64,000 nt of DNA from Gemmatimonadales bacterium (GTDB taxonomy: Bacteria; Gemmatimonadota; Gemmatimonadetes; Gemmatimonadales; GWC2-71-9): positions 1,935,127 through 1,999,126 of the forward strand of contig OZ252244.1 of the NCBI GenBank assembly GCA_965249575.1. Reading direction: 5' to 3'. A program made the translations under genes and the position numbers. Position 1 is the first letter of the stretch. Each line of letters starts with the position of its first letter. Under the pieces are notes generated by a model. It searched no databases and was not told where the DNA came from. It worked only from the letters and a program-made list of their open reading frames with translations. This document shows, piece by piece, positions 37,918-47,043 of this stretch.

Positions 37918-40900
37918 ATGCCCGAGACTTTGACCGAAAAGCGAAACGAGCGGGGACAACCCCGCTCTCCGGAATCGGATGTCCAGTGGAAGCAAGCCGT
38001 GTGCGGCATCTGCCCGGCGGGATGTTGGGTGGAGGTTGGCCTTCAGAACGACGAGATAGTCGATATCCGGCAGGATACGGGTCATCCGCTCGGGATGATC
38101 TGCCGACGCGGCCGGCACGCGCCCGAGATCGTCCACTCCAAGCACCGCCTCAAGCATCCGATGAAACGCGTTGGTCTCAAGGGATCGCACGATTTCGAGA
38201 AGATCTCATGGGACGAGGCCTACGAGCACATTGTCGAGCGGCTGGAAACCATCAAGAGTGAGTCGGGTCCCGAAGCCGTCGCTATCTACACCGGCCGCGG
38301 AGCCTTTGAGCTCTCGCTGTGTGACATGTTCCAGCCGGCGGGGGTCGAAGTTTCTTCGGCCTCGAATGTGCTGTTCCCGTTCGGCTCCCCGAACACGATG
38401 GGTGTGGGCGCGTTGTGCTACGTCTCATTCGCCATGATCGCGCCGCACGTGACCCTGGGCCGCATGCTCGTCAACATGTTCACGGATATCGAGAACGCGG
38501 AGCTTCTGGTGGTGTGGGGCGCCAATCCCGCGACCGACTCTCCGCCGCTCGACATGCATCGTCTCGAGGCGGCGGCGAAACGGGGTGCCGAGATCTTCGT
38601 CATCGATCCACGCCGAACCGAGACCGCAACGCGCACGAACGGGCAGTGGATCCCGCTTCGTCCGGGGACGGATGCTGCGCTGGCGCTGAGCATGCTCGAG
38701 GTCATGATCGATGAGGAGCTGTATGACGAGCCGTTCGCCGAACAATGGTGTCACGGCTTTGGTGAGCTGCAGAACTACGTACAGCACTTCCGGCCGGAAG
38801 TGGCCGAGGGCATTACGGGGGTGCCTGCCGATACGATCCGGACGCTGGCGCGTCGAATCTGCCGTGCCACGGGTGCGTGCCCCGTCATGTACACGGGACT
38901 CGAGTATTCTAACAGCGGAATCCAGTCCATCAGAGCGGTACTCACATTGTTTGCGCTTGCCGGCCAGCTCGATGTTCCCGGAGGCATCGGTCTCTCGATG
39001 CGGGGAACACACTTCCCCATCAACCGCTCCAGCCATCAGAGCAACCCCGATTTGAATCTCGCCGTCGCCCGTCAAAAGTTTCCCCTCTACAGCCACTACC
39101 GAGGGGAGTCACACGCCTCCGGGCTTGTGAACTCCGTGCTCGAGGGAGATCCGTACCGTATTCGTGGGCTCATAGTGCACGGAGCGTCGCTGCTCACGTC
39201 GTGGCCGCAGACGGCCGTGTGGCGGGACGTGCTGTCGAAACTCGACTTTCTCGTGTGCATCGATCGCCAGCTCACCGCCGATTCCGCCTATGCGGATATC
39301 GTATTGCCGGCCACTACGATGTTCGAGATCGATTCCTACATGGTGTACGGGCCGATATTCCGCCTGCGCGAGAAGCTGATCGAGCCGGTTGGCGAAGCCC
39401 GCAACGATTACCTGATCATGGCGGAGTTGGCGCGGCGTCTCGGGTACGGCGATCTGTACCCGCAGACCGAAGAGGCAATGATCCGCAACGCCCTGGACGG
39501 TTCGGGCTATTCGCTCGAGGACGTGAAGAAAGCCGGCGGATGGGTGAAGCTGCAAACACCGATGACGCAGTACAAGAAGTGGGAAAAGGGCGGGCTCCGG
39601 GAGGACGGGCAACCCGGCTTCGACACGCCGAGCGGGAAGTTCGAGATTTGGTCCTCGACGCTCGAGGATTACGGGTACGAGCCACTGCCCAAATACGTGG
39701 AGCCCACCGAAGGCCCGTTGGGGAGCCCACAGGTCGCCGAGGCCTTCCCGTTGGTGTTCAACTCAGGCGCTCGGCCACACACCGATTTTCGATCGCAGCA
39801 CCACGGCATCGAGGGGCTGACAAAGGACAACCCGGAGCCCACCGTTGAGTTGAACACGCGCGATGCCGCCGAGCGCGGTATTACCGCGGGCGATCTCGTC
39901 GAGGTGCGCACACCGAGGGGAGCGGTCTCGTTTCGGGCGAGAGTGACTGACGACATCGTACAGGGCGCCGTGGAGTGCAACATGGGTGGCGGGACGCCGG
40001 TGGGGCCGAAAGCGTGGCGGGAATGGAACGTCAATGAGCTAACCGACCTCTCGAATCGCGACGAGATCTCGGGCTTCCCGGTGTACAAGGCGTTGCTGTG
40101 TGACGTCGTGCGCAAGGAGGCCGGCACGCCGCAGGCCCGACGCGCTTCAGCCAAGGCCGCCGAGGCGTGTGGTCCCGTACCGCTCCAGACGGCGAGCCCG
40201 GGCAAGAAACCGCGCCGCCGGATCTACCTCGACAACAACTCGACGACGCAAGTCGCTGACGAGGTACGGGAGGCAATGCAGCCCTTCCTCGATGCGACGC
40301 ATGGGAACCCCTCGAGCATCCACTCGGTTGGGCGGGAAGCCCGGGAGGGAGTGGAGAAGGCGCGCCGGCAGGTCGCGGAGCTCATGAACTGCCGTCCCCG
40401 TCGAATCCTCTTTACCGGTGGTGGCTCCGAGTCGGACAACCTGGCAATCAAGGGGGTTGCCTTCGCGGGCCGCGAAAAGGGACGGCACATCGTGACGAGT
40501 GCCATAGAGCATCCCGCGGTGCTTCAAACCTGCAGGTTCCTCGAGCGGATGGGCTACGAGGTTACGTACCTCGACGTTGATCGGCAGGGGCTCATTAGTG
40601 CCGAGCAACTGGATGAGGCCATTCGAGACGACACGATCCTAGTATCGCTGATGATGGCAAATAACGAGGTCGGAACCATTCTTCCGATCAAGGAGCTCTG
40701 TACGACTGCACGCGCCAAACAGGTCCCTTTCCACACCGACGCGGTCCAGGCCGTCGGGAAAGTCCGGGTCGACGTGCAAGAGCTGGACGTGGATCTGCTG
40801 AGTCTGTCGGGCCACAAGTTCCACGCACCGAAGGGTATCGGCGCGCTGTATATGAGAAAGGGAGTCGAAATCGAGCCGCTGATACACGGCGGAAAGCAGG

Positions 40901-41373
40901 AAAGCGGCCTGCGAGCGGGCACGGAGAACGTTCCGGCCATCGTTGGGTTGGGGATGGCGGCGGAGTTGGCCGGCCGTTCTCTGCGAGAGTCCGAAGGAAT
41001 GGGGAAACTGCGGGACAAGCTCGAAGCGGGCATCCGTGCGCTCATCCCTGCGGCTGAGTTAAACGGACACCCAGACGACCGGCTGCCCAACACGCTGAAC
41101 ATGACGCTTCCCGGATTGCGCGGGGAATCACTGGTCGTGGCCCTGGACCAGCACGGCATCTCGCTCTCCTCGGGATCGGCCTGCAAGTCCGGCTCACCGG
41201 ATCCCACGCACGTTTTGATGGCGATGAGCAGGACGGCGGAGGAGGCGCATTGCGCCGTGCGTTTCTCGCTGTCGCACGGTACGACTGCGAGCGACATCGA
41301 CGAAACGCTATCGATGGTCGGGCGCTTGCTCCAAGAGATGGAAACGACGGTTCGATTCCTACCGTGCAAGTAA
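37918..41373 (+). CDS. Fusion protein: cytoplasmic molybdopterin (Mo/W-bisPGD) oxidoreductase + NifS/IscS-type cysteine desulfurase (1151 aa)
   Basis: ATG 37918 (MPETLTEKRN). [4Fe-4S] motif VCGICPAGCW...GMIC. MopB core and C-terminal barrel ending FPVYKALLCDVVRKE (40119). A 34-aa linker AGTPQARRASAKAAEACGPVPLQTASPGKKPRRR (40120-40221) has no in-frame start codon. Then IYLDNNSTT..., PLP Lys in SLSGHKF and active Cys in SSGSACKSG. TAA at 41371. Confidence 0.8.
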   Translation: MPETLTEKRNERGQPRSPESDVQWKQAVCGICPAGCWVEVGLQNDEIVDIRQDTGHPLGMICRRGRHAPEIVHSKHRLKHPMKRVGLKGSHDFEKISWDEAYEHIVERLETIKSESGPEAVAIYTGRGAFELSLCDMFQPAGVEVSSASNVLFPFGSPNTMGVGALCYVSFAMIAPHVTLGRMLVNMFTDIENAELLVVWGANPATDSPPLDMHRLEAAAKRGAEIFVIDPRRTETATRTNGQWIPLRPGTDAALALSMLEVMIDEELYDEPFAEQWCHGFGELQNYVQHFRPEVAEGITGVPADTIRTLARRICRATGACPVMYTGLEYSNSGIQSIRAVLTLFALAGQLDVPGGIGLSMRGTHFPINRSSHQSNPDLNLAVARQKFPLYSHYRGESHASGLVNSVLEGDPYRIRGLIVHGASLLTSWPQTAVWRDVLSKLDFLVCIDRQLTADSAYADIVLPATTMFEIDSYMVYGPIFRLREKLIEPVGEARNDYLIMAELARRLGYGDLYPQTEEAMIRNALDGSGYSLEDVKKAGGWVKLQTPMTQYKKWEKGGLREDGQPGFDTPSGKFEIWSSTLEDYGYEPLPKYVEPTEGPLGSPQVAEAFPLVFNSGARPHTDFRSQHHGIEGLTKDNPEPTVELNTRDAAERGITAGDLVEVRTPRGAVSFRARVTDDIVQGAVECNMGGGTPVGPKAWREWNVNELTDLSNRDEISGFPVYKALLCDVVRKEAGTPQARRASAKAAEACGPVPLQTASPGKKPRRRIYLDNNSTTQVADEVREAMQPFLDATHGNPSSIHSVGREAREGVEKARRQVAELMNCRPRRILFTGGGSESDNLAIKGVAFAGREKGRHIVTSAIEHPAVLQTCRFLERMGYEVTYLDVDRQGLISAEQLDEAIRDDTILVSLMMANNEVGTILPIKELCTTARAKQVPFHTDAVQAVGKVRVDVQELDVDLLSLSGHKFHAPKGIGALYMRKGVEIEPLIHGGKQESGLRAGTENVPAIVGLGMAAELAGRSLRESEGMGKLRDKLEAGIRALIPAAELNGHPDDRLPNTLNMTLPGLRGESLVVALDQHGISLSSGSACKSGSPDPTHVLMAMSRTAEEAHCAVRFSLSHGTTASDIDETLSMVGRLLQEMETTVRFLPCK

Positions 41374-41509
41374 TCCGATCCGCGTTGTCGCAAGCGTCGA
41401 GTCGAGTGTTGCGCTGTTCCCACGCTTCGCGGTTCTGAAAGAGGTGCTGGGCGCCGGCCCACTGGAACGGTTCCTGCCAGGCTAGTCCGTCGGTCTTCTG
41501 CATATCCCT

Positions 41510-43003
41510 ATGAGACGTACGGTTGTCACAGATCGGTCGATGCTTCGGGCTCTCGTGCCCTCTCTTTCGGGGAGCGCACGGTCCGGTGCGCCCGCGTTTC
41601 GGATAGCTGTCATCGCCGTGGTCGCGATCGGGCTCGCCGGATGCGGTGACGAGATGCCGACGGGCAACACGGCGATCACCCCACCGGCGCCCCCATTGCC
41701 GGTCGTTCAATCCATTTCCGTGGATACGGCAGGTGCTTTGGTGCGCAGCCTCGAGTTGACCCTCGACATTCCCGCCGCCGTCGAGGTGGAGTACTGGACC
41801 GATCAGTCTCCAAAGCTCCAGATCGCGAGTGTCCGGGATACCTCACATGAATTGACACTCGGGCAGCTCGTGCCGGATGCGACATATGAGTTGGTGGCGT
41901 GGGCCATCGGTTCGGACAGGAGCCGCGCGGAAATCGCTCGGGACAGTTTTGTTACCGACACCCTGCCCAGCGACCTCGCTCAGGTGACGTTCGTCTCGAG
42001 CGGCACCTCCACCGCCCCGCTGGTCATGCTCGAGGTGGGGGTCTTCCCAAACGGTTATCTCGGGTTTGTAGCAGTGAATTCCGTTGGCGCGGTCGTGTCG
42101 TATCACTCCACTAGCGGCTTCCCCTGGGGCTGGGACAGGAGGGCAAACGGGAACTTCCTCCTGCTCGATACGGACGGCGGTTTGAACGAAGTGAGCCCGA
42201 ACGGGGACGTGATTGCCAGCCGGCCCCACCTGGGAGGCAAGGTCATCCATCACGACGTGCTCGTGACTCCCGGTAACACCGTTCTCTTCATGGTCCGCGA
42301 CACGCGCGAAGTGGCGGACACGTTTTACACGGGGGAGACGATCTTCGAGTGGGTTCCGGAAACCGATGCGCTGGAGGAGCGCTGGACGGCGTTTGATTTC
42401 CTATCCCCGACGGTCGACGTTGGGCCTCGGACGCGAAACAGCGACTGGCTCCACTCCAACTCCCTGTCGTACAGCCCAAGCGGGGACATCCTCATGTCCC
42501 TGATGTTCCTCGACCAGATCATCTCGATCGCGCCCGACTTCCAGTCGCTCAACTGGAGACTGGGCGGGGTCGGGAACACTTTCACACTGGGAGAAGGCGC
42601 GGTTTTCTCGGGGCAGCACACGGCAAAGGAGTTGGATGGTGGTCGTGTCCTCATGTTTGACAATCGCCACGTTCCAGTCGACAGCATGTTGTACTCGCGA
42701 GCGCTCGAGCTGGAGCTCAATCTGACGGATAGTACCGCAACCAAGGTATGGGAGTTTCGGGCTCCCAACGACAACTATTCGAAGATCATCAGCTCCGCGC
42801 GACGGCTCGCTAATGGCAACACCATGGTCACGTTCGGAGCTGGCGATGGCCTCGTGGGGTCCGTGGGCCCAATCGAGGTCTACGAGGTGACACGTGGGGG
42901 CGACATCGTGTGGAATCTCGTGATCGAGGGAGCGGGATCGGTATACCGCGCGACACCGTTCGGGCACCTGTTTGGGGAAGTGCCCGTCCCCGACGACGAG
43001 TAA
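41510..43003 (+). CDS. Arylsulfotransferase (ASST)-like beta-propeller lipoprotein
   Basis: Lipobox-like VVAIGLAGC. IHHDVLVTPGNTVLF..., GETIFEWVPE..., WTAFDFL...NSDWLHSNSLSYSPSGDILMSLMFLDQIISI...LNWRLGG...SGQHTAKELDGGRVLMFDNRH match the ASST/Arylsulfotran_2 pattern. Confidence 0.65.
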   Translation: MRRTVVTDRSMLRALVPSLSGSARSGAPAFRIAVIAVVAIGLAGCGDEMPTGNTAITPPAPPLPVVQSISVDTAGALVRSLELTLDIPAAVEVEYWTDQSPKLQIASVRDTSHELTLGQLVPDATYELVAWAIGSDRSRAEIARDSFVTDTLPSDLAQVTFVSSGTSTAPLVMLEVGVFPNGYLGFVAVNSVGAVVSYHSTSGFPWGWDRRANGNFLLLDTDGGLNEVSPNGDVIASRPHLGGKVIHHDVLVTPGNTVLFMVRDTREVADTFYTGETIFEWVPETDALEERWTAFDFLSPTVDVGPRTRNSDWLHSNSLSYSPSGDILMSLMFLDQIISIAPDFQSLNWRLGGVGNTFTLGEGAVFSGQHTAKELDGGRVLMFDNRHVPVDSMLYSRALELELNLTDSTATKVWEFRAPNDNYSKIISSARRLANGNTMVTFGAGDGLVGSVGPIEVYEVTRGGDIVWNLVIEGAGSVYRATPFGHLFGEVPVPDDE

Positions 43004-43021
43004 AGTCCTGCCGTTACAGTC

Positions 43022-43918
43022 TCATTTTAGTATCGAGACTATCTCCATGCCGCCCGGGAAGCTGACCGTCGATCGCAGCATGATACGAGAGTCCTTCCCA
43101 ATCCAGTAAAGCGTCGCCGGGCCGTCGGCGACGGTCCCGCTCTGAACGACCCAGCAGTCGGTTTTCTCTCCTTCGCGATCGAGCGATTCGGATCCCGTGA
43201 CGCTAAGGAGAACGAATCGCTCGCCACTCAGGTCGAAAATGGGAACGGCGACCTCGTATCCCTCCCGAAGCGGCAAGTGGGGCACGAGCAGCTCCAGTGC
43301 TGCCCCGTCGAATGGCTCATTGAACAGCTGGGCCGCAATCCGCTGGCGCGAGCTGCCCGGGACGATGAACTCTCCAACCGGGACTCTCACTTCCGGACGG
43401 CTGGAATCGTCAAACGTCCCGGCGACGAAGGACCCCGAATACGTCCACCGCGCGATTACCCGTGGGGTGCGATGTGAGAAGCTCAGGGGAGCCAGACTGC
43501 GGGACCGGATGATGAGTGTGTCCAGCGACTCGCCACCTGGAACCGGCGCTCGTGACACCACCAAATATGCTTCCTCACCGCCTACGTACGTGCGGGTGAC
43601 CGCACGCGTGAAATCTCCCCAGTCGGTCCGCTTACCGTCACGGACCAGCGACCGCGTGAGTGTATCTACTCGTTCCAGAAGCCCAACGTGCACCAACCGT
43701 GAATCGCCGGCCCGGATGGTGTCCTGAGTTAGCGGCGATCCGCCAGCGATCACGACGCCGGCCATGAGCCACCCTAGAGCGAGCAGAGCAACCCCCTCAT
43801 GTCGAAATGACCTCGCCCCGCCCGAAGGACGCCCACCGAATGGGCACTCCTCATTCAAGCTACTCGCCCCATCCGTCGATTCTACATGAGGGCCCCGGAG
43901 TGGGGTTAGGAGATCCAA
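43022..43918 (-). CDS. Hypothetical secreted/periplasmic protein (start uncertain)
   Basis: 298-aa ORF. The hydrophobic segment GVALLALGWLMAGVVIAGG suggests a signal/anchor, and the true start is probably downstream of 43918. No confident family. Confidence 0.45.
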   Translation of the reverse strand: MDLLTPLRGPHVESTDGASSLNEECPFGGRPSGGARSFRHEGVALLALGWLMAGVVIAGGSPLTQDTIRAGDSRLVHVGLLERVDTLTRSLVRDGKRTDWGDFTRAVTRTYVGGEEAYLVVSRAPVPGGESLDTLIIRSRSLAPLSFSHRTPRVIARWTYSGSFVAGTFDDSSRPEVRVPVGEFIVPGSSRQRIAAQLFNEPFDGAALELLVPHLPLREGYEVAVPIFDLSGERFVLLSVTGSESLDREGEKTDCWVVQSGTVADGPATLYWIGKDSRIMLRSTVSFPGGMEIVSILK

Positions 43919-44027
43919 GAGAAGCGTTCAGAGTCCTCGGCTCGCCAACGGTGACGCAGCGCACAGCCGGCCGGACGCCTGAGGGCGTTGTTGCTAGAAA
44001 CCTCGAATCGAAAGGCGGGTTAATCCC

Positions 44028-44561
44028 GTGAATACGATCAGAGTTGCATGTGCCGGAGCCATTGTGCTTGCGTTGCTCGCCGTTCCGCGCGTAAACGCCA
44101 ACGCACAGTGGGCACTCGGCGTGAGCGGAGGTTATGACGCCGACATGGAGGAGTTTCTCGTCGGCGCGAACGCGAGAATCCAGCTTCCGAAGGCCAGAAT
44201 CAATGGGGTGCCTCTCGTGTTGAGTCCTGGATTCGAGTTCTATCCCTTCTTCGATCCGACTCCGGGTTCACCAGCGACCGGAGGTAGTGTCTTCATCGCG
44301 AGCTTCGATGGCCACTACACGATTCAAACGCAGGGTGCCGAGCCCTATTTCGGGGCCGGTCTCCACGTGCGGCGCGTGAGCGTAGAGCTCGGGTCTCCCT
44401 TCGGAACCGTTGGCGATACCGATACTGGCCTCAATCTCGTCGGCGGCGCGGTTTTTGGCCGGTCGGGATCCGTCAGGCCATTCGGGGAAGCAGGGCTGAG
44501 GCTCGGCGACGGGGCGACGTTCCTCATCAAAGGCGGGGTGTACTTCCGGATCGGACGGTAG
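44028..44561 (+). CDS. Small outer-membrane beta-barrel protein
   Basis: Signal peptide ACAGAIVLALLAVPRVNANAQ. 8-strand-like alternating pattern. C-terminal ...GGVYFRIGR. Confidence 0.6.
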   Translation: MNTIRVACAGAIVLALLAVPRVNANAQWALGVSGGYDADMEEFLVGANARIQLPKARINGVPLVLSPGFEFYPFFDPTPGSPATGGSVFIASFDGHYTIQTQGAEPYFGAGLHVRRVSVELGSPFGTVGDTDTGLNLVGGAVFGRSGSVRPFGEAGLRLGDGATFLIKGGVYFRIGR

Positions 44562-44691
44562 CCCCGCCCCAATCCCTCTCGATGGCGGCCGATCACGGCG
44601 GCCGAGGGCCGGGGACTCTAGTTCCTCGGCCCTCCTATTTGGGCACGAGTGGCGAAGTAGCGGACCAATGAGGTTGGGAGCCCCCGCGGTC

Positions 44692-45093
44692 TCACGACTG
44701 CCCAATGACATAGAGAAAAACGAAATTGTAGATCCCGGTCAGCAGCGCGAGACACCAGACCAACACCACGTACGGGCCGGTCTTGGGATGTAGCGCGCGT
44801 AGCGGTGCCGCGCGGGATGTCAGTTGCCAGGCAATGCCAGCCAGCGTTGCGATTGCAAAGGCAAGGTGAATCTTGAAAATGGGAAGCGCCTGGAGCTCGG
44901 GTCGGCGCGGGCTGGGATCCATCAGAAAGCTGAACGATATGAAGGTACCGAGCTCAACGACTACCCACGCCACCATCAGCGAGGCATGCACCTTGACCTC
45001 ACCACGCCGCACGCGCGTCGCAGCGTAAATGATCAGCGGCGGACCCAGTATGGCCCAGACGAGGGCGACGAGGGCCTGTGGTGGTGCGCTCAC
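44692..45093 (-). CDS. DUF420-family membrane protein
   Basis: 133 aa with four hydrophobic helices. RRGEVKVHASLM...FKIHLAFAIATL resembles DUF420. Adjacent to the DUF411 gene. Confidence 0.55.
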   Translation of the reverse strand: MSAPPQALVALVWAILGPPLIIYAATRVRRGEVKVHASLMVAWVVVELGTFISFSFLMDPSPRRPELQALPIFKIHLAFAIATLAGIAWQLTSRAAPLRALHPKTGPYVVLVWCLALLTGIYNFVFLYVIGQS

Positions 45094-45132
45094 GGGGGCT
45101 GGGGTGGGGGGTTGATCAGTGCGGGTGGCATC

Positions 45133-45657
45133 TCACCTGCGTTCGAAAATCGTGCTCCGTCCCTGCCCATCGAACGTAAGGATGTTGTATGGGTCCTTTC
45201 TCGGTCCCTCCATACCGGGCGTTCCCATTGGCATGCCGGCAACGGCAAGACCCACAGCGTCCGGACGCTCCCTGAGAAAGCGCCGCAGCGCGTCGGCCGG
45301 TACGTGTCCCTCAACCACATAACCTTCGACGATGGCCGTGTGACATGCTGTGAGCGCGGACGGCACGCCGGCCCTCACCTTGATTTCCCGCAGATCCGAC
45401 ACGTCGTGAGTGGTGACCGTGAAGCCATTGTCCCGAAGGTGGTCGACCCACTTCGCGCAGCACCCGCACGAGGGGCTCTTGTACACCGCTATTTCGGGTC
45501 CCGCGTCATCGGTTCGGAGCGTGACAGCGCCGGCGACTCCTCCCACGATCAGTACGAGAGCTCCACCCGCTACATATCGTTTCCAAGCCGCCCCGGAACT
45601 CGCTGAACGATTCCCTGCGTCGCGCGCAGCCGAGCGAGTTCGTGGTGCCTTTGACAT
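45133..45657 (-). CDS. DUF411 (CopG-like) metal-binding protein
   Basis: VYKSPSCGCCAKWVDHLRDNGF...TACHTAIVEGYVVEGHVPA...LAVAGMPMGTPGME is the typical DUF411/CopG pattern. N-terminal anchor. Confidence 0.75.
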   Translation of the reverse strand: MSKAPRTRSAARDAGNRSASSGAAWKRYVAGGALVLIVGGVAGAVTLRTDDAGPEIAVYKSPSCGCCAKWVDHLRDNGFTVTTHDVSDLREIKVRAGVPSALTACHTAIVEGYVVEGHVPADALRRFLRERPDAVGLAVAGMPMGTPGMEGPRKDPYNILTFDGQGRSTIFERR

Positions 45658-45820
45658 TTCTCGACCTCAGTGGGCGCTCGTATTCGGCCCGTTGTGAGCG
45701 AACTCCTTACACCGGGTTCAACTTCTCAGGACGGCGCAGAGAAGGGAAGAGGCGGCGCTGGACACGTGGTTGGCCGAGGGGCAACCTAGGAACCGCTCGA
45801 GGCTGGGGAGACCGTGACCT

Positions 45821-46946
45821 TTGGATAACCGAACGGCTGGCCGGATTCGGGTCACCTATGTCCTGAAATGCGCGGCTGGGGAAGATCCTCTTGCCAAGGC
45901 CAGGGACATCGCGTTCGAACAAACCGTCGAGCTCCCACCGGAGTGCGTCGAATCCGATATCGTCGACCGAGTCGTTGGCCGGGTGGAGGAGATCGAGCCG
46001 GTCGGCGGCCGTCGGTGGCGTGCCACGCTCACGTATTCAGCCGACGCCGTGGGACGGGACGTTCTCCAGCTATTCAACCTTTTGTTCGGGAACATCTCAC
46101 TCAAGAATGGCGTCCTGGTTACGCGGCTCGAGCTCCCGCCATCCGTGCTGCGATACTTTCTTGGGCCCCGACACGGGGTCGAGGGCCTCCGCTCGCTTTG
46201 CGCGGTGTCGTCCCGTCGACCGCTTTCCTGTGTCGCGGTCAAGCCGCTGGGATCCTCGGCGGCAGAACTGGCCGACCGGTGCGGCGGGTTAGCTCTTGCC
46301 GGGATCGACATCGTCAAAGACGATCATGGAATCGCCGACCAACCGCCTGCCCCCTTTTGAGGAGCGTGTATCTCGCTGCCAGGAAGCGGTTTCGACCGCG
46401 AACGACCGTACGGGCGGCGCGACCCTGTATCTCCCCAACATCACGGGCGCTACCGAACTGCTCGAGCGGGCGGAGTTCGTTCGGTCGCTCGGGTGTAAAG
46501 GGGTCCTCGTCAGTCCGCTCTTGGTTGGCTTGGAAGCCGTTCGCCGGCTATCCGAACGATCCGGGTTGGCGATCATGGCCCACCCATCGGTTGCCGGTGC
46601 GTTCTTTCGCCCGGACCACGGAGTCGCTCCGGAAGTGCTCCTCGGACGGCTCTTTCGGATGGTCGGAAGCGACGCGGTGATTTTCCCGAATTCCCGCGGC
46701 AGATTCCCTTTCTCCCAGCGCACGTGTAGGGCGATCAGCCAGCGTCTCTTGGAGCCCCTCGGATCCATGCGTCCCGCCTTTCCCGTTCCGGGTGGAGGGA
46801 TGGAGGTTGATTCTCTCCCACGCTGGATGAGGCTGTACGGTACTGACGCGATCTTCCTCATTGGGAGCAGTCTGTATTCAGCCCCCGATCTGGAGCGCGC
46901 GGCTCGTGGATTCGCGGGACAAATTCGGCGGTTCGACCACCAGTAG
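45821..46946 (+). pseudogene. RuBisCO-like protein (form IV-like large-subunit homologue) split by a 1-nt frameshift at about 46350-46358
   Basis: ORF 45821..46360 has ...LFNLLFGNISL..., VAVKPLGSS (KPKLG equivalent) and GIDIVKDDHGIADQPPAPF*. ORF 46296..46946 continues with ...PPFEERVSRCQEAV...LYLPNITG...IMAHPSVAGAF...FPVPGGGM...IFLIGSSLYS. Removing one base from ccccctttt joins them. Confidence 0.75.
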
Positions 46947-47043
46947 GAGCAGGGTCCGCGAAGAACCTCGGGTGGGGACTGCCTGTTACGAAGTACAGGA
47001 GGGGAATCGGATCGACACATCCCTGCTCGAGGAGCGAGGCGCA

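Noticed and set aside
37918-40119. Selenocysteine-containing formate-dehydrogenase-type enzyme
   Set aside because: There is no in-frame TGA anywhere in the 1151 codons. The likely ligand region (GALCYVSF) has Cys, and no SECIS-like hairpin is required.
45821-46946. Bona fide CO2-fixing RuBisCO
   Set aside because: The joined protein is only about 370 aa. The KPKLG second Lys is absent, KDDE reads KDDH, and loop-6 Lys is not evident. No small-subunit, prk or cbb genes are nearby.
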